Shown: positions 28,928-39,538 of the stretch, in pieces
How positions within the stretch are numbered: the stretch's first letter is position 1
Layout of the letters: each line of letters begins with the position of its first letter
From: Patescibacteria group bacterium
Lineage (GTDB): Bacteria > Patescibacteriota > Minisyncoccia > Phycocordibacterales > CAIRYW01
Direction: 5' to 3'
Assembly: GCA_040389185.1 (NCBI GenBank)
Contig: JAZKAJ010000016.1
Span: 1-52,433, forward strand
Length of the DNA stretch: 52,433 nt
The notes under the pieces: model-generated
Databases searched by the model: none
Told to the model about the DNA's origin: nothing
What the model saw: only the letters and a program-made list of their open reading frames with translations
Translations under genes and position numbers: made by a program

Positions 28928-29473
28928 ATGGTAAAAACAATTTTCGAAAATAGTATTTTATCTCTCGTTATCATTGCACAAATTCTTATTGTTCTTTATA
29001 TTGTAGGTTTCTTTGTTAAAAGAAAAAATCCAAATTCACCTTTTGTAAAAGCACTTGGAGACAATGGATTCAAGCTTGCATTCATGGCAGCCCTCATTTC
29101 AACTTTTGGAAGTCTCTTTTATTCTGATATCCTAGGATACGAACCTTGCAAATTCTGCTGGTTCCAGCGAATCTTTATGTACCCTCAGACAATACTCCTA
29201 GGTATCGCTCTATGGAGAAAAGATTGGAATATGTACTTCTATAGCATTACTCTTTCTGTCATTGGAGGACTTATCGCGTTCAATCACTATATCCTTCAAA
29301 CAACAGGGTCATCAATCATTCCTTGCTCTGCGGTTGGACAGAGCGTTTCTTGTAGCAAAGTATTTGTAATGCATCTTGGATACATCACAATTCCATTTAT
29401 GGCGCTCACAGGATTTACACTCATGACTCTCGCAATGGTATTTTACAAACAAACTCATGAAGCTTCACGATAG
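28928..29473 (+). CDS. dsbB: Disulfide bond formation protein (DsbB/BdbC family)
   Basis: GSLFYS...PCKFCWFQRIFMYP, second Cys pair, ITIPFMAL. Confidence 0.9.
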   Translation: MVKTIFENSILSLVIIAQILIVLYIVGFFVKRKNPNSPFVKALGDNGFKLAFMAALISTFGSLFYSDILGYEPCKFCWFQRIFMYPQTILLGIALWRKDWNMYFYSITLSVIGGLIAFNHYILQTTGSSIIPCSAVGQSVSCSKVFVMHLGYITIPFMALTGFTLMTLAMVFYKQTHEASR

Positions 29474-31628
29474 TATTGAATCAGTCACTCGTCTCTCATT
29501 TGAGCAAAAGCAAGCTCTGAAAAAAATAAATCTATTCACTATAGGAGATCTTCTCCGATATTATCCTGTGCGTTACGGGGACATATCAAAAGCAGTAGAA
29601 ATAAATTCGGTTGAAAAAGGTGAGGAAGTCACAGTCTTTGGGAGAATTCAAAACCTTACAACAAGCAAAGGTTTCAAGACCAAGATCGCAATGGCTAAGG
29701 CCACTCTCGTTGATGAGACAGGGACCTTGGGACTCGTGTGGTTTAACCAGCCATATATTGCAAAGCTCATACATAATAATTCCCTCGTTCGAGTCGAAGG
29801 CAAACTTTCTGTTGGCAAAAATGGGAGATATTTTTCAAACCCAAAAATAGAAGAAATTGACAAGATTCCGGAGATCAAAGGAATTTCCCTCTTCGCAGAA
29901 ACAGAAGGAAACAACACTCCGAATCATGATGCACCACTCTACCCTGTCTATCCAGAAACAAAAGGAATAACTTCTAACTGGATCTTCCATACCCTTCAAA
30001 GAATATTCAAAGGAGGAATATTTGAAAATATTATTGATCCAATCCCAGAAGATATACTCAAAAAATATTCTCTTCCGACACTTAAGACGGCACTTCTGTG
30101 GGTACACTCCCCTCATAAGATTGAAGATTATGAGATCGCTCGAAAACGACTCGCATTCGAAGAAGTTTTTTTCATCCAACTTCAAAAACAAATCGAAAGA
30201 AAAGAAATATTAAAAACGCCTTCAATCAAACTTGAAGACGCAGAGGAGTTTGCGGATGAGTTTATTAAAAAACTTCCTTTTGCTTTAACTGAGGCCCAAA
30301 AAATCGTTATTGATACGATCACAAACGAAATGAAGCGAGGTACACCAATGTCCAGACTTCTTGAAGGTGATGTAGGAAGTGGAAAGACAGCTGTCGCAGG
30401 AGCTACTGCTTATGCAGTAGTCAAATCCCACCCTGATGGAAAAGATTTTGGTAACTATCAGATAGCCTATATGGCACCAACAGAAATTCTCGCCACACAA
30501 CAATTTGAATCCTTCATCGAATTCTTCAAGCACCTACCTATCGAAATGGCACTCGTCACAGGCACAACTTGCAAGAAATTCCCGTCAAAAGTAAATCCAA
30601 CAGGCTCAACCAGTGTCTCAAAACCTCAAATGCTTAAATGGATTGAAGCTGGAAATATCTCTCTTGTGATTGGAACCCATGCTCTCATCCAAAAGAAAGT
30701 AAAATTCAAAAACCTCGCTTATGTTATTATCGACGAGCAACACCGATTTGGAGTGAACCAAAGACAGAAGCTCGCACGAAAAGACAAAGTGATCCCACAC
30801 CTACTCTCAATGACCGCCACACCGATCCCTCGAACACTTGCTCTCACCATCTATGGAGACTTAGATCTTTCAATACTTGATCAAATGCCGGCGGGAAGAA
30901 AACAAATCATCACAGAGATCATTACACCAGAAAAAAGAAATGATGTGTACGAAAAAATTCGAAGTGAATTAAACGCCGGAAGACAAGCATATATCATCTG
31001 CCCGCGAATTGATGCCCCAGATCCAGATCAGGAAAAATCACTCCAACTTCGATCGGTCAAAGAAGAAGCAACAAGACTTAAAAAAGAGGTCTTCAGAGAA
31101 TTCAAAATCGATATCCTCCACAGCAAAATGACACCAGCAGAAAAGGACAAGATCATGGGAGAATTCTACAAAGGCACAATTGATATTCTCGTTTCAACAT
31201 CAGTGGTTGAAGTGGGTGTGAATGTACCTAATGCAACAGTGATCGTGATTGAAGGAGCTGAGAGATTCGGACTTTCACAGCTTCACCAACTTCGCGGACG
31301 AGTGCTCCGAGGAAACCATCAGCCATATTGTTTCGTCTTTGCGGATTCAAAAAGCGACAAGTCTATCGAGAGACTCCGTGCATTCAAGAATGCCAAAAAT
31401 GGATTTGAGCTTGCAGAGCTCGATCTCAAACAACGAGGCTCAGGAGGACTTGCAGGAGGCAAACAATGGGGTATTTCAGACATTGCAATGGAAGCGCTTC
31501 GTAATCTCAAAATGGTTGAGGCGGCTCGTACAGAGGCTCGATTTATCGCAGAGACTGATCTGTCGCTCTCAAAATTCCCTACCCTCAAAGCAATTCTGGA
31601 AAGTAAGAAAGAGATACATTTCGAGTAG
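29457..31628 (+). CDS. recG: ATP-dependent DNA helicase RecG
   Basis: RLLEGDVGSGKT, DEQHRFGV, MTATPIPRTL, AERFGLSQLHQLRGRV. Confidence 0.97.
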   Translation: MKLHDSIESVTRLSFEQKQALKKINLFTIGDLLRYYPVRYGDISKAVEINSVEKGEEVTVFGRIQNLTTSKGFKTKIAMAKATLVDETGTLGLVWFNQPYIAKLIHNNSLVRVEGKLSVGKNGRYFSNPKIEEIDKIPEIKGISLFAETEGNNTPNHDAPLYPVYPETKGITSNWIFHTLQRIFKGGIFENIIDPIPEDILKKYSLPTLKTALLWVHSPHKIEDYEIARKRLAFEEVFFIQLQKQIERKEILKTPSIKLEDAEEFADEFIKKLPFALTEAQKIVIDTITNEMKRGTPMSRLLEGDVGSGKTAVAGATAYAVVKSHPDGKDFGNYQIAYMAPTEILATQQFESFIEFFKHLPIEMALVTGTTCKKFPSKVNPTGSTSVSKPQMLKWIEAGNISLVIGTHALIQKKVKFKNLAYVIIDEQHRFGVNQRQKLARKDKVIPHLLSMTATPIPRTLALTIYGDLDLSILDQMPAGRKQIITEIITPEKRNDVYEKIRSELNAGRQAYIICPRIDAPDPDQEKSLQLRSVKEEATRLKKEVFREFKIDILHSKMTPAEKDKIMGEFYKGTIDILVSTSVVEVGVNVPNATVIVIEGAERFGLSQLHQLRGRVLRGNHQPYCFVFADSKSDKSIERLRAFKNAKNGFELAELDLKQRGSGGLAGGKQWGISDIAMEALRNLKMVEAARTEARFIAETDLSLSKFPTLKAILESKKEIHFE

Positions 31629-31714
31629 ATTTCAAATCGCCCATCTAGTTTCGTCTTCATTAAACAGGAGATTGGTTGCAATTTGCTCGCAACTTCTGTA
31701 TTCTCATTAAACAA

Positions 31715-32557
31715 ATGAAAAAAGAAACTCTTAAAAAAATATTTAATGTTTTCCTCTACATTTTCGCAGCAATAGGCCTCTTTTTAACGCTTGGTTTTTT
31801 TGCCGTGAAGCTTGGACTCACAAATACAAAAGGCATCATAGATCAACAGTCAGAATTCTTCCGAAATCAAGACAATACAACTACAGTCGATACAACTCCA
31901 CGTCCTTGGAACCAAGGACCAGAATGGGAAAATTTTGGTACCGCAATATCGAAAGATGCGCAGGTCTTAAAACGAGTAGAAAGCGAAACGGGTGTGCCAG
32001 CACGACTCGTTGTATCTGTGGTATTTGTTGAACAAATGAGACTATATTTTTCTGAACGACAAACATTTAAAGAACTTTTTGCTCCACTTAAAATCCTCGG
32101 AACTCAAACTCAATTCTCTCTCGGCGTTTCAGGTATAAAGCAAAAGACAGCAGAACAAGTTGAAAATAATTTGGTAGCAACGAGCTCACCATATTATCTG
32201 GGAGATAAATTTGCACACTATCTTGATTTCAAAACAACCGATATTGAAAATGAAAGATTCTTAAGACTCACTGATTACAAAGACCGATATTATTCTTATC
32301 TCTATACAGCACTCTATATCAAAGAGCTTGCAACAAGCTGGAAAAAAGCTGGATTTGATATAAGTGGAAAACCAGAAATTCTCGCTACCCTATTTAATAT
32401 TGGATTCGAGCACTCAACACCAAACGCCACTCCTCAGTCTGGTGGTGCTGAAATAGATATTAACAATACAAAATATAGCTTTGGCTACCTCGCGGGAGAG
32501 TTCTACTATTCAAACGAATTGACAAGTGTTTATCCAAAACAAACTCTCTCTCTTTAG
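31715..32557 (+). CDS. Membrane-anchored hypothetical protein (probable ATG at 31715)
   Basis: N-terminal TM followed by soluble domain. Confidence 0.75.
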   Translation: MKKETLKKIFNVFLYIFAAIGLFLTLGFFAVKLGLTNTKGIIDQQSEFFRNQDNTTTVDTTPRPWNQGPEWENFGTAISKDAQVLKRVESETGVPARLVVSVVFVEQMRLYFSERQTFKELFAPLKILGTQTQFSLGVSGIKQKTAEQVENNLVATSSPYYLGDKFAHYLDFKTTDIENERFLRLTDYKDRYYSYLYTALYIKELATSWKKAGFDISGKPEILATLFNIGFEHSTPNATPQSGGAEIDINNTKYSFGYLAGEFYYSNELTSVYPKQTLSL

Positions 32558-32598
32558 TTTGATAATAAGCTAAATTTGGGCTAATATACAGCGTGCAT

Positions 32599-32675
32599 GC
32601 GCGTGTAGCTCAGTTGGTTAGAGCACAAAGCTTATACCTTTGGGGTCCATGGTTCGAGTCCATGCATGCGCACCA
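32599..32675 (+). tRNA. tRNA-Ile(UAU)
   Basis: GCGCGTG/CATGCGC acceptor, A73, CCA; CAAAG-CT-TAT-AC-CTTTG anticodon arm; canonical D and T arms. Confidence 0.9.
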
Positions 32676-33095
32676 AACATAAAAACTCCCTTAGTTGGGA
32701 GTTTTTATGTTTGGTGCGGGGCGCAGGTATATTTCTTGTAGCAACAAGAAATACCGAGCCGGGGTCGAGGAATTTTACAAGCGACGGCGAGTAAAATATC
32801 CGTGACCACAAAGTGCGAGCTGGGCCGCGACGGCGCGAGAAGGGGTGAGCTCGGGATCGGGACCCGAGCGCAAGACCTTTTGAGATAAAATTGGTTCGAC
32901 ATTATTTCCTTATGAGTTTACGAATTAGGAAATAAGAAGTACTCTTGTGGTGTAAGAAAATTTTACCCAAAAGGTGTACTGCTCCTGTAAGGAGGCGACA
33001 TTTTTGCGACGGCAAAAATTTATTTGTGACCACGAATTTAAAAAATACCTGCATATTATACCCGCACGAGCAGACTTAGTAACTTCTGACCACAG
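32676..33095 (+). repeat. tRNA-Ile trailer (terminator, antisense 3' end, stacked palindromic modules)
   Basis: CGCACCAAACATAAAAACTCCC / GGGAGTTTTTATGTTTGGTGCG stem; modules shared with the 9911, 25324, 37791 and 50998 elements. Confidence 0.75.
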
Positions 33096-33120
33096 TATTT
33101 AAAAAAAATAAATTTCTAAA

Positions 33121-33714
33121 CTAACTAACTTTGCAATTAATATCAACAGCACGCCTTCGGTAAATTAAAAAACCGACAAAAGCCACACCGACAAAAGTCC
33201 AGAGTACCGGATATATTGCGTTCGCCACATTTAAAGTTGTTAGCGCAAAATATGCTGCCGGATATTTTACAAGCCAAGCTATGTAATATATTAAATTTTC
33301 ACTATATGGATCACGCCAACTTTTACTAACTGTTGGCCAAAATGCAACCAAATCAATGACAGAAGCCAAACAAGCCGCCACTGTCGGATCTTCTACAAAC
33401 AACCAAACAGGTATTGCAATTAAAGAAAACAAAAAGCATACCCAATCAAAAAACGATCCGCTCCTTTCTCCAAAAAACCAACTATAGACTGCAATAAAAA
33501 TCGTTGTGATTGTTGTAACAGCCATACCCCAAAATCCAGGGCCAGCATTTCCCTGAAACTGAATCAAGGTAATTATAATCAATAAAATTGACCATACAAT
33601 CCAAGTAAAAAAATGCGGTCGCACTTCTCCTTTTAAAATAGAAACTAGGTACGGAATGAAACTTACCCCAGCAACAACACTAGAAACAATACCAAAAACA
33701 ACTTTAATATCCAT
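33121..33714 (-). CDS. Multi-TM membrane protein (PQ-loop-like two-repeat pattern)
   Basis: IPYLVSILKGEVRPH..TW and WPTVSKSWRDPYSE repeats; ~7 TMs. Confidence 0.75.
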   Translation of the reverse strand: MDIKVVFGIVSSVVAGVSFIPYLVSILKGEVRPHFFTWIVWSILLIIITLIQFQGNAGPGFWGMAVTTITTIFIAVYSWFFGERSGSFFDWVCFLFSLIAIPVWLFVEDPTVAACLASVIDLVAFWPTVSKSWRDPYSENLIYYIAWLVKYPAAYFALTTLNVANAIYPVLWTFVGVAFVGFLIYRRRAVDINCKVS

Positions 33715-33741
33715 TATTAGATAAGATCAGATTTTTTAATA

Positions 33742-35700
33742 CTAAGTAGTTATTTCCACCTTCCCCTCCTCCACAGTCTCCTTTTTCTTCAAAGGAATAC
33801 CATGCGCAACAATAATACTTTCATATTCTGCCTGCTCAATCACCTCCACTTCAATTAGTCGTCGCGTGATTGCCTCAAGTACATTTCTATATTTTGTTAC
33901 AATGTCTTCAGCTTTTTTGAGAGCGTTGTGAATAATGAGTGATACCTCACCATCGATCTCAGCACTCACCCTTTCTGAATATCCATTATCCTCTACACCT
34001 CGTCCGAAGAGCACTCGTCCCCCGGCACCTTCAAGTGCGATAGGCCCTAGCTTGTCTGACATTCCGTATTTAGTCACCATGTCTCTGGCAAGTGCAGTTG
34101 ATACCTGCAGATCGTTTGAAGGACCTGTCGTGACATCACCAAAGATCATTTTCTCTACCACATATCCTCCAAGCGACATTGCAATATCATCAAGGAATTC
34201 ATTTCGCGATTGCATTTTCTTGTCTTCAAGTGGCAACTTCATTGTGTATCCCGCCGCTCGTCCTCGAGAGATGATAGAAATCTTGTGCACAGGATCTGCA
34301 TAAGGAAGCACAGATGCTACAAGTGCATGTCCCGCTTCGTGATATGCAGTAAGTTCTTTTTCTTTTTTAGACAACAAATGACTCTTTCTTTCTGGCCCCA
34401 TCATTACTTTTTCGATTGATCGGATGAGGTCATACTGTGCCACTTTTGTTCTGTTTTCTCGTGCTGCGAGAATCGCACCTTCATTCATGAGGGATTGAAG
34501 ATCTGCACCAGAAAATCCTGGCGTTCGTTCTGCGATAAGAGGAAGATTTACATCTTCTGCAAAAGGTTTTTCACGACTGTGCACTCGAAGTATTTCTTCA
34601 CGGTCTTTTCGATCTGGCAGATCAATAGTGACTCGTCGGTCGAATCGTCCTGGGCGCAAGAGTGCAGGATCCAAAACATCAGCTCTGTTTGTTGCAGCCA
34701 TGACAATCACTTTTTCGTTCGGTTCAAATCCATCCATCTCAACCAAGATCTGATTGAGTGTTTGTTCTCGTTCATCATTTCCCCCTCCTGTTCCAACACC
34801 TCGAACCCGGCCTACAGCATCAATCTCATCAATGAAGATAATCGCAGGAGCTGTTGCCTTTGCCATCTTGAATAGGTCTCGTACACGGCTTGCTCCAACA
34901 CCCACAAACATTTCTACGAACTCTGCACCAGAGACCGAGAAGAATGAGACTCCAGCTTCTCCAGCTACAGCACGCGCAAGAAGTGTCTTACCTGTTCCAG
35001 GCTGACCCATAAGAAGAATTCCCTTTGGAATTCGTGCACCAATATCTAAAAACTTTTTTGGGTTTTTGAGGAAGTCTACAATTTCTGAAAGCTCTTCTTT
35101 TGCCTCTTTTGCACCGGCAACATCTTTAAATGTTACTTTTTGTTTACCATCATCAGGACTTGTAAGTCGCGCTCGAGATTGCCCAAACGAAAATGCTTGT
35201 GCTCCTGCTCCCTTCATTGATCGTGTGAGATACCAAATAAAAAGGAGTATAAATAAGACAGGAAGAATTATTGGGGCTAGGTTTGCAAACCAAAAAATAA
35301 AGCCCGTATCAGTTTTGACATCAATATTTACTTTTGAAAGCTCATCACCTGTTACACCATAATTTGCCATTGTCTCTGAGAGAGATGTTTCAACTTCTTT
35401 CTTAGAAGTTTTTTCTGTACTGTCTGCATATTTAGCAGTTACAGTATCCCCTTCAACGGTGAGTGATGTTACTTTTGCTTCCTTGATATCACGCGCAAGT
35501 TCAGAAAGATTTACATCTGTTTTTTTGTCTGCAGTACCCACAAGATATGGATATGCAAAGATAAGAACACCAAGAAAAAGGAAGATGAGAATGATATTTT
35601 TTATCAAATCTCTTTTCACCTCATCCTTCTTTGGTGATTTTGGTGTTTTGTTTTTTGGTAGCGGAGCTCCTTTTGGTTGTTTGTTTTCTTTGTTTTCCAT
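33742..35700 (-). CDS. ftsH: ATP-dependent zinc metalloprotease FtsH
   Basis: Two TMs, [32 protein letters not shown]. Confidence 0.98.
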   Translation of the reverse strand: MENKENKQPKGAPLPKNKTPKSPKKDEVKRDLIKNIILIFLFLGVLIFAYPYLVGTADKKTDVNLSELARDIKEAKVTSLTVEGDTVTAKYADSTEKTSKKEVETSLSETMANYGVTGDELSKVNIDVKTDTGFIFWFANLAPIILPVLFILLFIWYLTRSMKGAGAQAFSFGQSRARLTSPDDGKQKVTFKDVAGAKEAKEELSEIVDFLKNPKKFLDIGARIPKGILLMGQPGTGKTLLARAVAGEAGVSFFSVSGAEFVEMFVGVGASRVRDLFKMAKATAPAIIFIDEIDAVGRVRGVGTGGGNDEREQTLNQILVEMDGFEPNEKVIVMAATNRADVLDPALLRPGRFDRRVTIDLPDRKDREEILRVHSREKPFAEDVNLPLIAERTPGFSGADLQSLMNEGAILAARENRTKVAQYDLIRSIEKVMMGPERKSHLLSKKEKELTAYHEAGHALVASVLPYADPVHKISIISRGRAAGYTMKLPLEDKKMQSRNEFLDDIAMSLGGYVVEKMIFGDVTTGPSNDLQVSTALARDMVTKYGMSDKLGPIALEGAGGRVLFGRGVEDNGYSERVSAEIDGEVSLIIHNALKKAEDIVTKYRNVLEAITRRLIEVEVIEQAEYESIIVAHGIPLKKKETVEEGKVEITT

Positions 35701-35766
35701 TCTGATAGAATTTATGTCCCTCTAGTAATTAAGGGTATTATAGCCGAAAATCAACTAAAACTGAAA

Positions 35767-36414
35767 TTATGCTTCCTCCTCTACACCTTCATCATCTGCC
35801 TCAATATCTTCATCTTCATAATCATCCTCTTCCTCATATTCTGGCATAATACTCTGCCCTTTTCGAGACATGGACGCATATGCGAGAAGCTGTTTTGAAA
35901 GCGCTCGTGCGATAGGTGAACTAATAACAGGGATCAAGAATTTACTTGCTTTTACTTTGTTGTTGGAATCACTTCGATCATCAGCTGTTACAATATCAAG
36001 CTCTGCTACTCCAAAAAAAAGATAGTGGTAAGGACGAGAAATCGTCACTTTGCTGATCTGTTGATATGGAATCGTGGTCTCATGAATGAAAAAGAGTCCG
36101 CGACGCAAATGAAATGCGTGTTCATCTAGTTTGAATTTATAACTTCGATAATGAACATTTCCAACGAGATATCCAATAATGATAACCGAAATGCCGAGAA
36201 GTAGTATCCATTCAGAAATCATAAAATCATCAATATACCAATCACTATGACTCGCGAGAAAATCTGTTGTAACAGTCTTCAGTCTTCCAAAATACATTTC
36301 GTAAGAAAAAAATATAAGTCCAAGACCTGAAAGTATAAAAAACCAGCCATGTCTTATAAATAAATAAAAGAGTGCTCTGCCTCCACTTTTGTATTTTTGA
36401 TCGAGTTCAAACAT
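35767..36414 (-). CDS. Membrane protein with bacterial PH domain and acidic tail
   Basis: Two TMs, LRRGLFFIHETTIPYQQISKV..FGVAELDIVTA. Confidence 0.8.
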   Translation of the reverse strand: MFELDQKYKSGGRALFYLFIRHGWFFILSGLGLIFFSYEMYFGRLKTVTTDFLASHSDWYIDDFMISEWILLLGISVIIIGYLVGNVHYRSYKFKLDEHAFHLRRGLFFIHETTIPYQQISKVTISRPYHYLFFGVAELDIVTADDRSDSNNKVKASKFLIPVISSPIARALSKQLLAYASMSRKGQSIMPEYEEEDDYEDEDIEADDEGVEEEA

Positions 36415-36423
36415 GTATACATA

Positions 36424-36486
36424 GTATACCCAAGCACTAAATCTTATACAATATTAGGAATTTATAAGATTTAGTGCTTGGTATAC
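36424..36486. repeat. Long intergenic palindrome
   Basis: CCAAGCACTAAATCTTATA / TATAAGATTTAGTGCTTGG stem flanked by GTATAC. Confidence 0.7.
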
Positions 36487-36579
36487 ACATTAATAGTAAC
36501 AGCAGCAGTTGATACCCGAGAGGGTGACAAGTATCAAGTGAAATACAATAAAATACAGATTTTATGATAAACTGTAAAA

Positions 36580-37350
36580 ATGCAAAACTACCAAAAAGAA
36601 CTAGAGACAGCTATTAATATCGCCCGAGAAGCAGGACCCATCATGCTTAAATACTTTGATTGTGAACAAGAAGTTGAGTTTAAAGATGAAAGATCATTTC
36701 TAACGATAGCCGACAAACTTATTAATACCCTGGTGATTAATAAACTCCGAGCAGCATTTCCCGAGGATGGAGTTATTGGCGAAGAAGAAAGTACAACGGG
36801 ATACGGCATGGGACGAAAATGGATATGTGACCCCATCGATGGTACTGCGGGCTATGTTTGGGGAACTCCAACCGCCATGTTCTCACTTGCACTTATTGTT
36901 GATGGTATACCTGTCGTTGGTGTTACATATGACCCTTTTTTAAATAAAATCTATGCTGGAATTAAAGGTGGTAAAAGTTATTGTAATGACGAAGAGATTC
37001 ATGTATCAGAGTTGCCACTAGAAAATGCTATTGTTGCGATAAATGGAAATATCAGAAGTATGCCTGAAAAAAGCTACTATATAAATGTAAAGTCTGACAA
37101 AACAATACGCCTCGCAACTTTTTCTGGATTAGTATATAAAGCAATGCTTGTAGCAAAAGGTAAGATGGTAGCCTGTATAGGTCCAGTTCACCTACATGAT
37201 ATTGCAGCAGCACATGTAATCGTTGAAAACGCGGGGGGTCAAGTGACCGCAGGTGATGGTTCCCTTCTTGATTACTCTAAACCATTTGTTGGTGTAATAG
37301 TGGTTTCTAACAAAATTGTGCACGAACAACTCGTAGAATATTGCAAATAA
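36580..37350 (+). CDS. Inositol monophosphatase family protein
   Basis: GEE, WICDPIDGT, HDIAAAHVIVENAGG. Confidence 0.92.
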   Translation: MQNYQKELETAINIAREAGPIMLKYFDCEQEVEFKDERSFLTIADKLINTLVINKLRAAFPEDGVIGEEESTTGYGMGRKWICDPIDGTAGYVWGTPTAMFSLALIVDGIPVVGVTYDPFLNKIYAGIKGGKSYCNDEEIHVSELPLENAIVAINGNIRSMPEKSYYINVKSDKTIRLATFSGLVYKAMLVAKGKMVACIGPVHLHDIAAAHVIVENAGGQVTAGDGSLLDYSKPFVGVIVVSNKIVHEQLVEYCK

Positions 37351-37362
37351 ATCCAACACTGA

Positions 37363-37390
37363 TTGAAAAATCACCAAAATGTGCTATAAT
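37363..37390 (+). promoter_or_regulatory. Sigma70-type promoter of ssrA
   Basis: TTGAAA-N16-TATAAT with TGn extension, 8 nt before tmRNA. Confidence 0.7.
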
Positions 37391-37398
37391 GCACATAT

Positions 37399-37790
37399 GG
37401 GGATGACAGGCATAGACATGTAGATCCTTCATTAATGTGCGCAATCGAGTATCCTAAAACCTCGTAAAACTTATAGGAAACTCAAGTGCAAACGCACGAA
37501 AAGTTGTTTCTCCATATTTTGGAGCAAACGATTTTGCTTTCGCAACAGCTCGAGCCTAGCTCGCTGAAGCTTTAAGCCATCTGACTTCTTTGCTCTCTCT
37601 GGAAGAAGCTCAGGTGTAATACTCAGAGGATAGGATAGGGGCATTCCCGTCCCCTATCCGAAACTTGGGATAGTTGTATATGTGTTCTGCTTTTCTAAAA
37701 GCATATACAGCGAAACCAAAAGAGAAGATACATTGCGTAGACTCATTTCTGAAATTTATATGCACGGGGGTTCGATTCCGCCCATCTCCA
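37399..37790 (+). ncRNA. ssrA: tmRNA; predicted tag ANARKVVSPYFGANDFAFATARA* (37488-37559)
   Basis: GGGGATG/CATCTCC acceptor with G3-U70, A73, T-loop GTTCGATTC, internal GCA-initiated tag frame. Confidence 0.92.
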
Positions 37791-37992
37791 CAATCACAAA
37801 AATCCGCTTCACTTTTTTTTAGTGAAGCGATTTTTGTTTGTGGAGATGGAGCAATGTGTCAGTACACATTGCGTGAGAAATCGAAAGACGAAGCATGTCG
37901 TTTTGCGACAGCGAGTCGGGGTCGAGAGTACTTAGTCCGCGCAGTGTGTACTCACACGAGCAGACTTAGTAACTCGTGACCAATTCCGCCCC
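37791..37992 (+). repeat. tmRNA trailer element
   Basis: Hairpin, antisense TGTGGAGATGG, module CACGAGCAGACTTAGTAACT identical to 33065-33084, ends ATTCCGCCC (sense T-arm copy). Confidence 0.75.
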
Positions 37993-38135
37993 GCTTTTTT
38001 ACAATAACTTTTTATTGAGACATGTGAAAGTTAGAACCATTTACAAATAAATATTTTAATGTATATTAATGTTCAAGTAAACGCTCTTTGAACCTTTCAG
38101 GAACAAAAGCGTTGGACACAAACTCAATCCTACCC

Positions 38136-38387
38136 ATGAACGCAGCACCTCCCTCCCCCGCCTGTCAGCAAACATCGAAAACCCAACCTGTCATCGGACA
38201 CGCCTATGCCGCCAAGAGGCACACACGTGACGGACAAGAACAAGAAACTCAAGTCGTCTTTCAATCATCGACCGGGGGTCAAACCCTCGTCAACTGGACT
38301 GACGGAAAGACCTACAACGCCACCCGCATTAGTGGCGAGAAAGAGGAACCGAAATTCGAGTTCCGTCACGATGACGTCGCCCACTAA
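38136..38387 (+). CDS. Orphan hypothetical protein (~83 aa)
   Basis: GC-richer ORF with its own terminator at 38411-38445. Confidence 0.5.
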   Translation: MNAAPPSPACQQTSKTQPVIGHAYAAKRHTRDGQEQETQVVFQSSTGGQTLVNWTDGKTYNATRISGEKEEPKFEFRHDDVAH

Positions 38388-38410
38388 GCCACATCACTGA
38401 AAGATGAAGA

Positions 38411-38445
38411 CTGCTGCAGACCTTTCGGGTTTGCAGCAGCTTTTT
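38411..38445 (+). terminator. Intrinsic terminator
   Basis: CTGCTGCAGACC / GGTTTGCAGCAG stem followed by T-tract. Confidence 0.75.
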
Positions 38446-38490
38446 ATTTATAAACTAGTTCTAACTCCTCCCACATCTCTCTCACAAATT

Positions 38491-38522
38491 AAAAACCCCA
38501 CACCTTTCGGTGTGGGAGTTTT
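38491..38522 (-). terminator. Intrinsic terminator of secDF
   Basis: CCCACACC-TTTC-GGTGTGGG with A/T tails. Confidence 0.7.
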
Positions 38523-38536
38523 ATTTTAAATATTAT

Positions 38537-39448
38537 TTAATTCTCTTTCCTTTGGAATTTCTCCATAGTCACCAAGAGCGGGCTACCAATGAAGATCGAT
38601 GAGTATGTTCCAACTGCAATACCAATGAGAAGCGTGAGTGCAAAGTGCTGTGTCGCTTCTGCTCCATAGATATAGAGCACAACAAGAGCGATCATTGTTG
38701 TAAGAGAAGTATTGATTGATCGAGTGAAAGTTTGTGAGACAGATGCCCCAACAACTTCTTCAAATGTTTTTTTGCTTTTTTCCTTGTTGTTCTTGTGGAG
38801 ATTTTCTCTTGTTCGGTCAAACACCACTATCGTATCGTGCACAGAGAATCCAAGCACTACAAGAAGTGCTGTGACGAAGAGTGAATCCACTTCAAATCCT
38901 GCATAGTGTCCAAGGAAAGCATATACTCCTGTTGGAATGACAATGTCATGAAGAAGGGCTACAACGGCAGCTACTCCATACTTCCAAGATGACACCGGCT
39001 TTGAAACACCACGGAATGCAAATGTAATAAAGAGTACAATTGCGATGACCACATAAAAGATCGACTTCAAGGCCTTAGTAGTAAATTCATCTCCGAGAAT
39101 CGAACCTACAGTGTTCACATTTGCTACTGAGCATTGATCTCCCAAAGTAAAGATCTGTGTGATTTGCGTAGTTTCTGCTGGTGTAAGCTCACGAGTACGA
39201 ACAATGGCACCAAATTCTCCCTGAGTTCTAACAGAGAATTCACCCAAAGGTTTTTCAAGCATTTGGTGCGAGAGTATGTCATTGGTGCTATTTATATCGA
39301 CTGGTTTTGTACATGTGACTTCAATAGATGTTCCACCCTTGAAATCGATACCGAGCTTCAGCCCATAAGCCGAGATCCCATAAAGAGATGCTGCAATAAG
39401 AACAACTGAGATTGTGTAGAATATTTTTCTGAATTTGATTACAAACAT
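38537..39448 (-). CDS. secF: Protein translocase subunit SecF
   Basis: LGIDFKGG, ALLHD, GFSVHDTIVVFDRTRE, RSINTSLTT. Confidence 0.96.
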   Translation of the reverse strand: MFVIKFRKIFYTISVVLIAASLYGISAYGLKLGIDFKGGTSIEVTCTKPVDINSTNDILSHQMLEKPLGEFSVRTQGEFGAIVRTRELTPAETTQITQIFTLGDQCSVANVNTVGSILGDEFTTKALKSIFYVVIAIVLFITFAFRGVSKPVSSWKYGVAAVVALLHDIVIPTGVYAFLGHYAGFEVDSLFVTALLVVLGFSVHDTIVVFDRTRENLHKNNKEKSKKTFEEVVGASVSQTFTRSINTSLTTMIALVVLYIYGAEATQHFALTLLIGIAVGTYSSIFIGSPLLVTMEKFQRKEN

Positions 39449-39538
39449 TTTTTTTAATTATCCAAGTTTCCAAGTAACAAGTGTTCAAGGAAAGTCGGAT
39501 TTTGATTATAAATTGATAATTATTACTTGTTTACTTGA

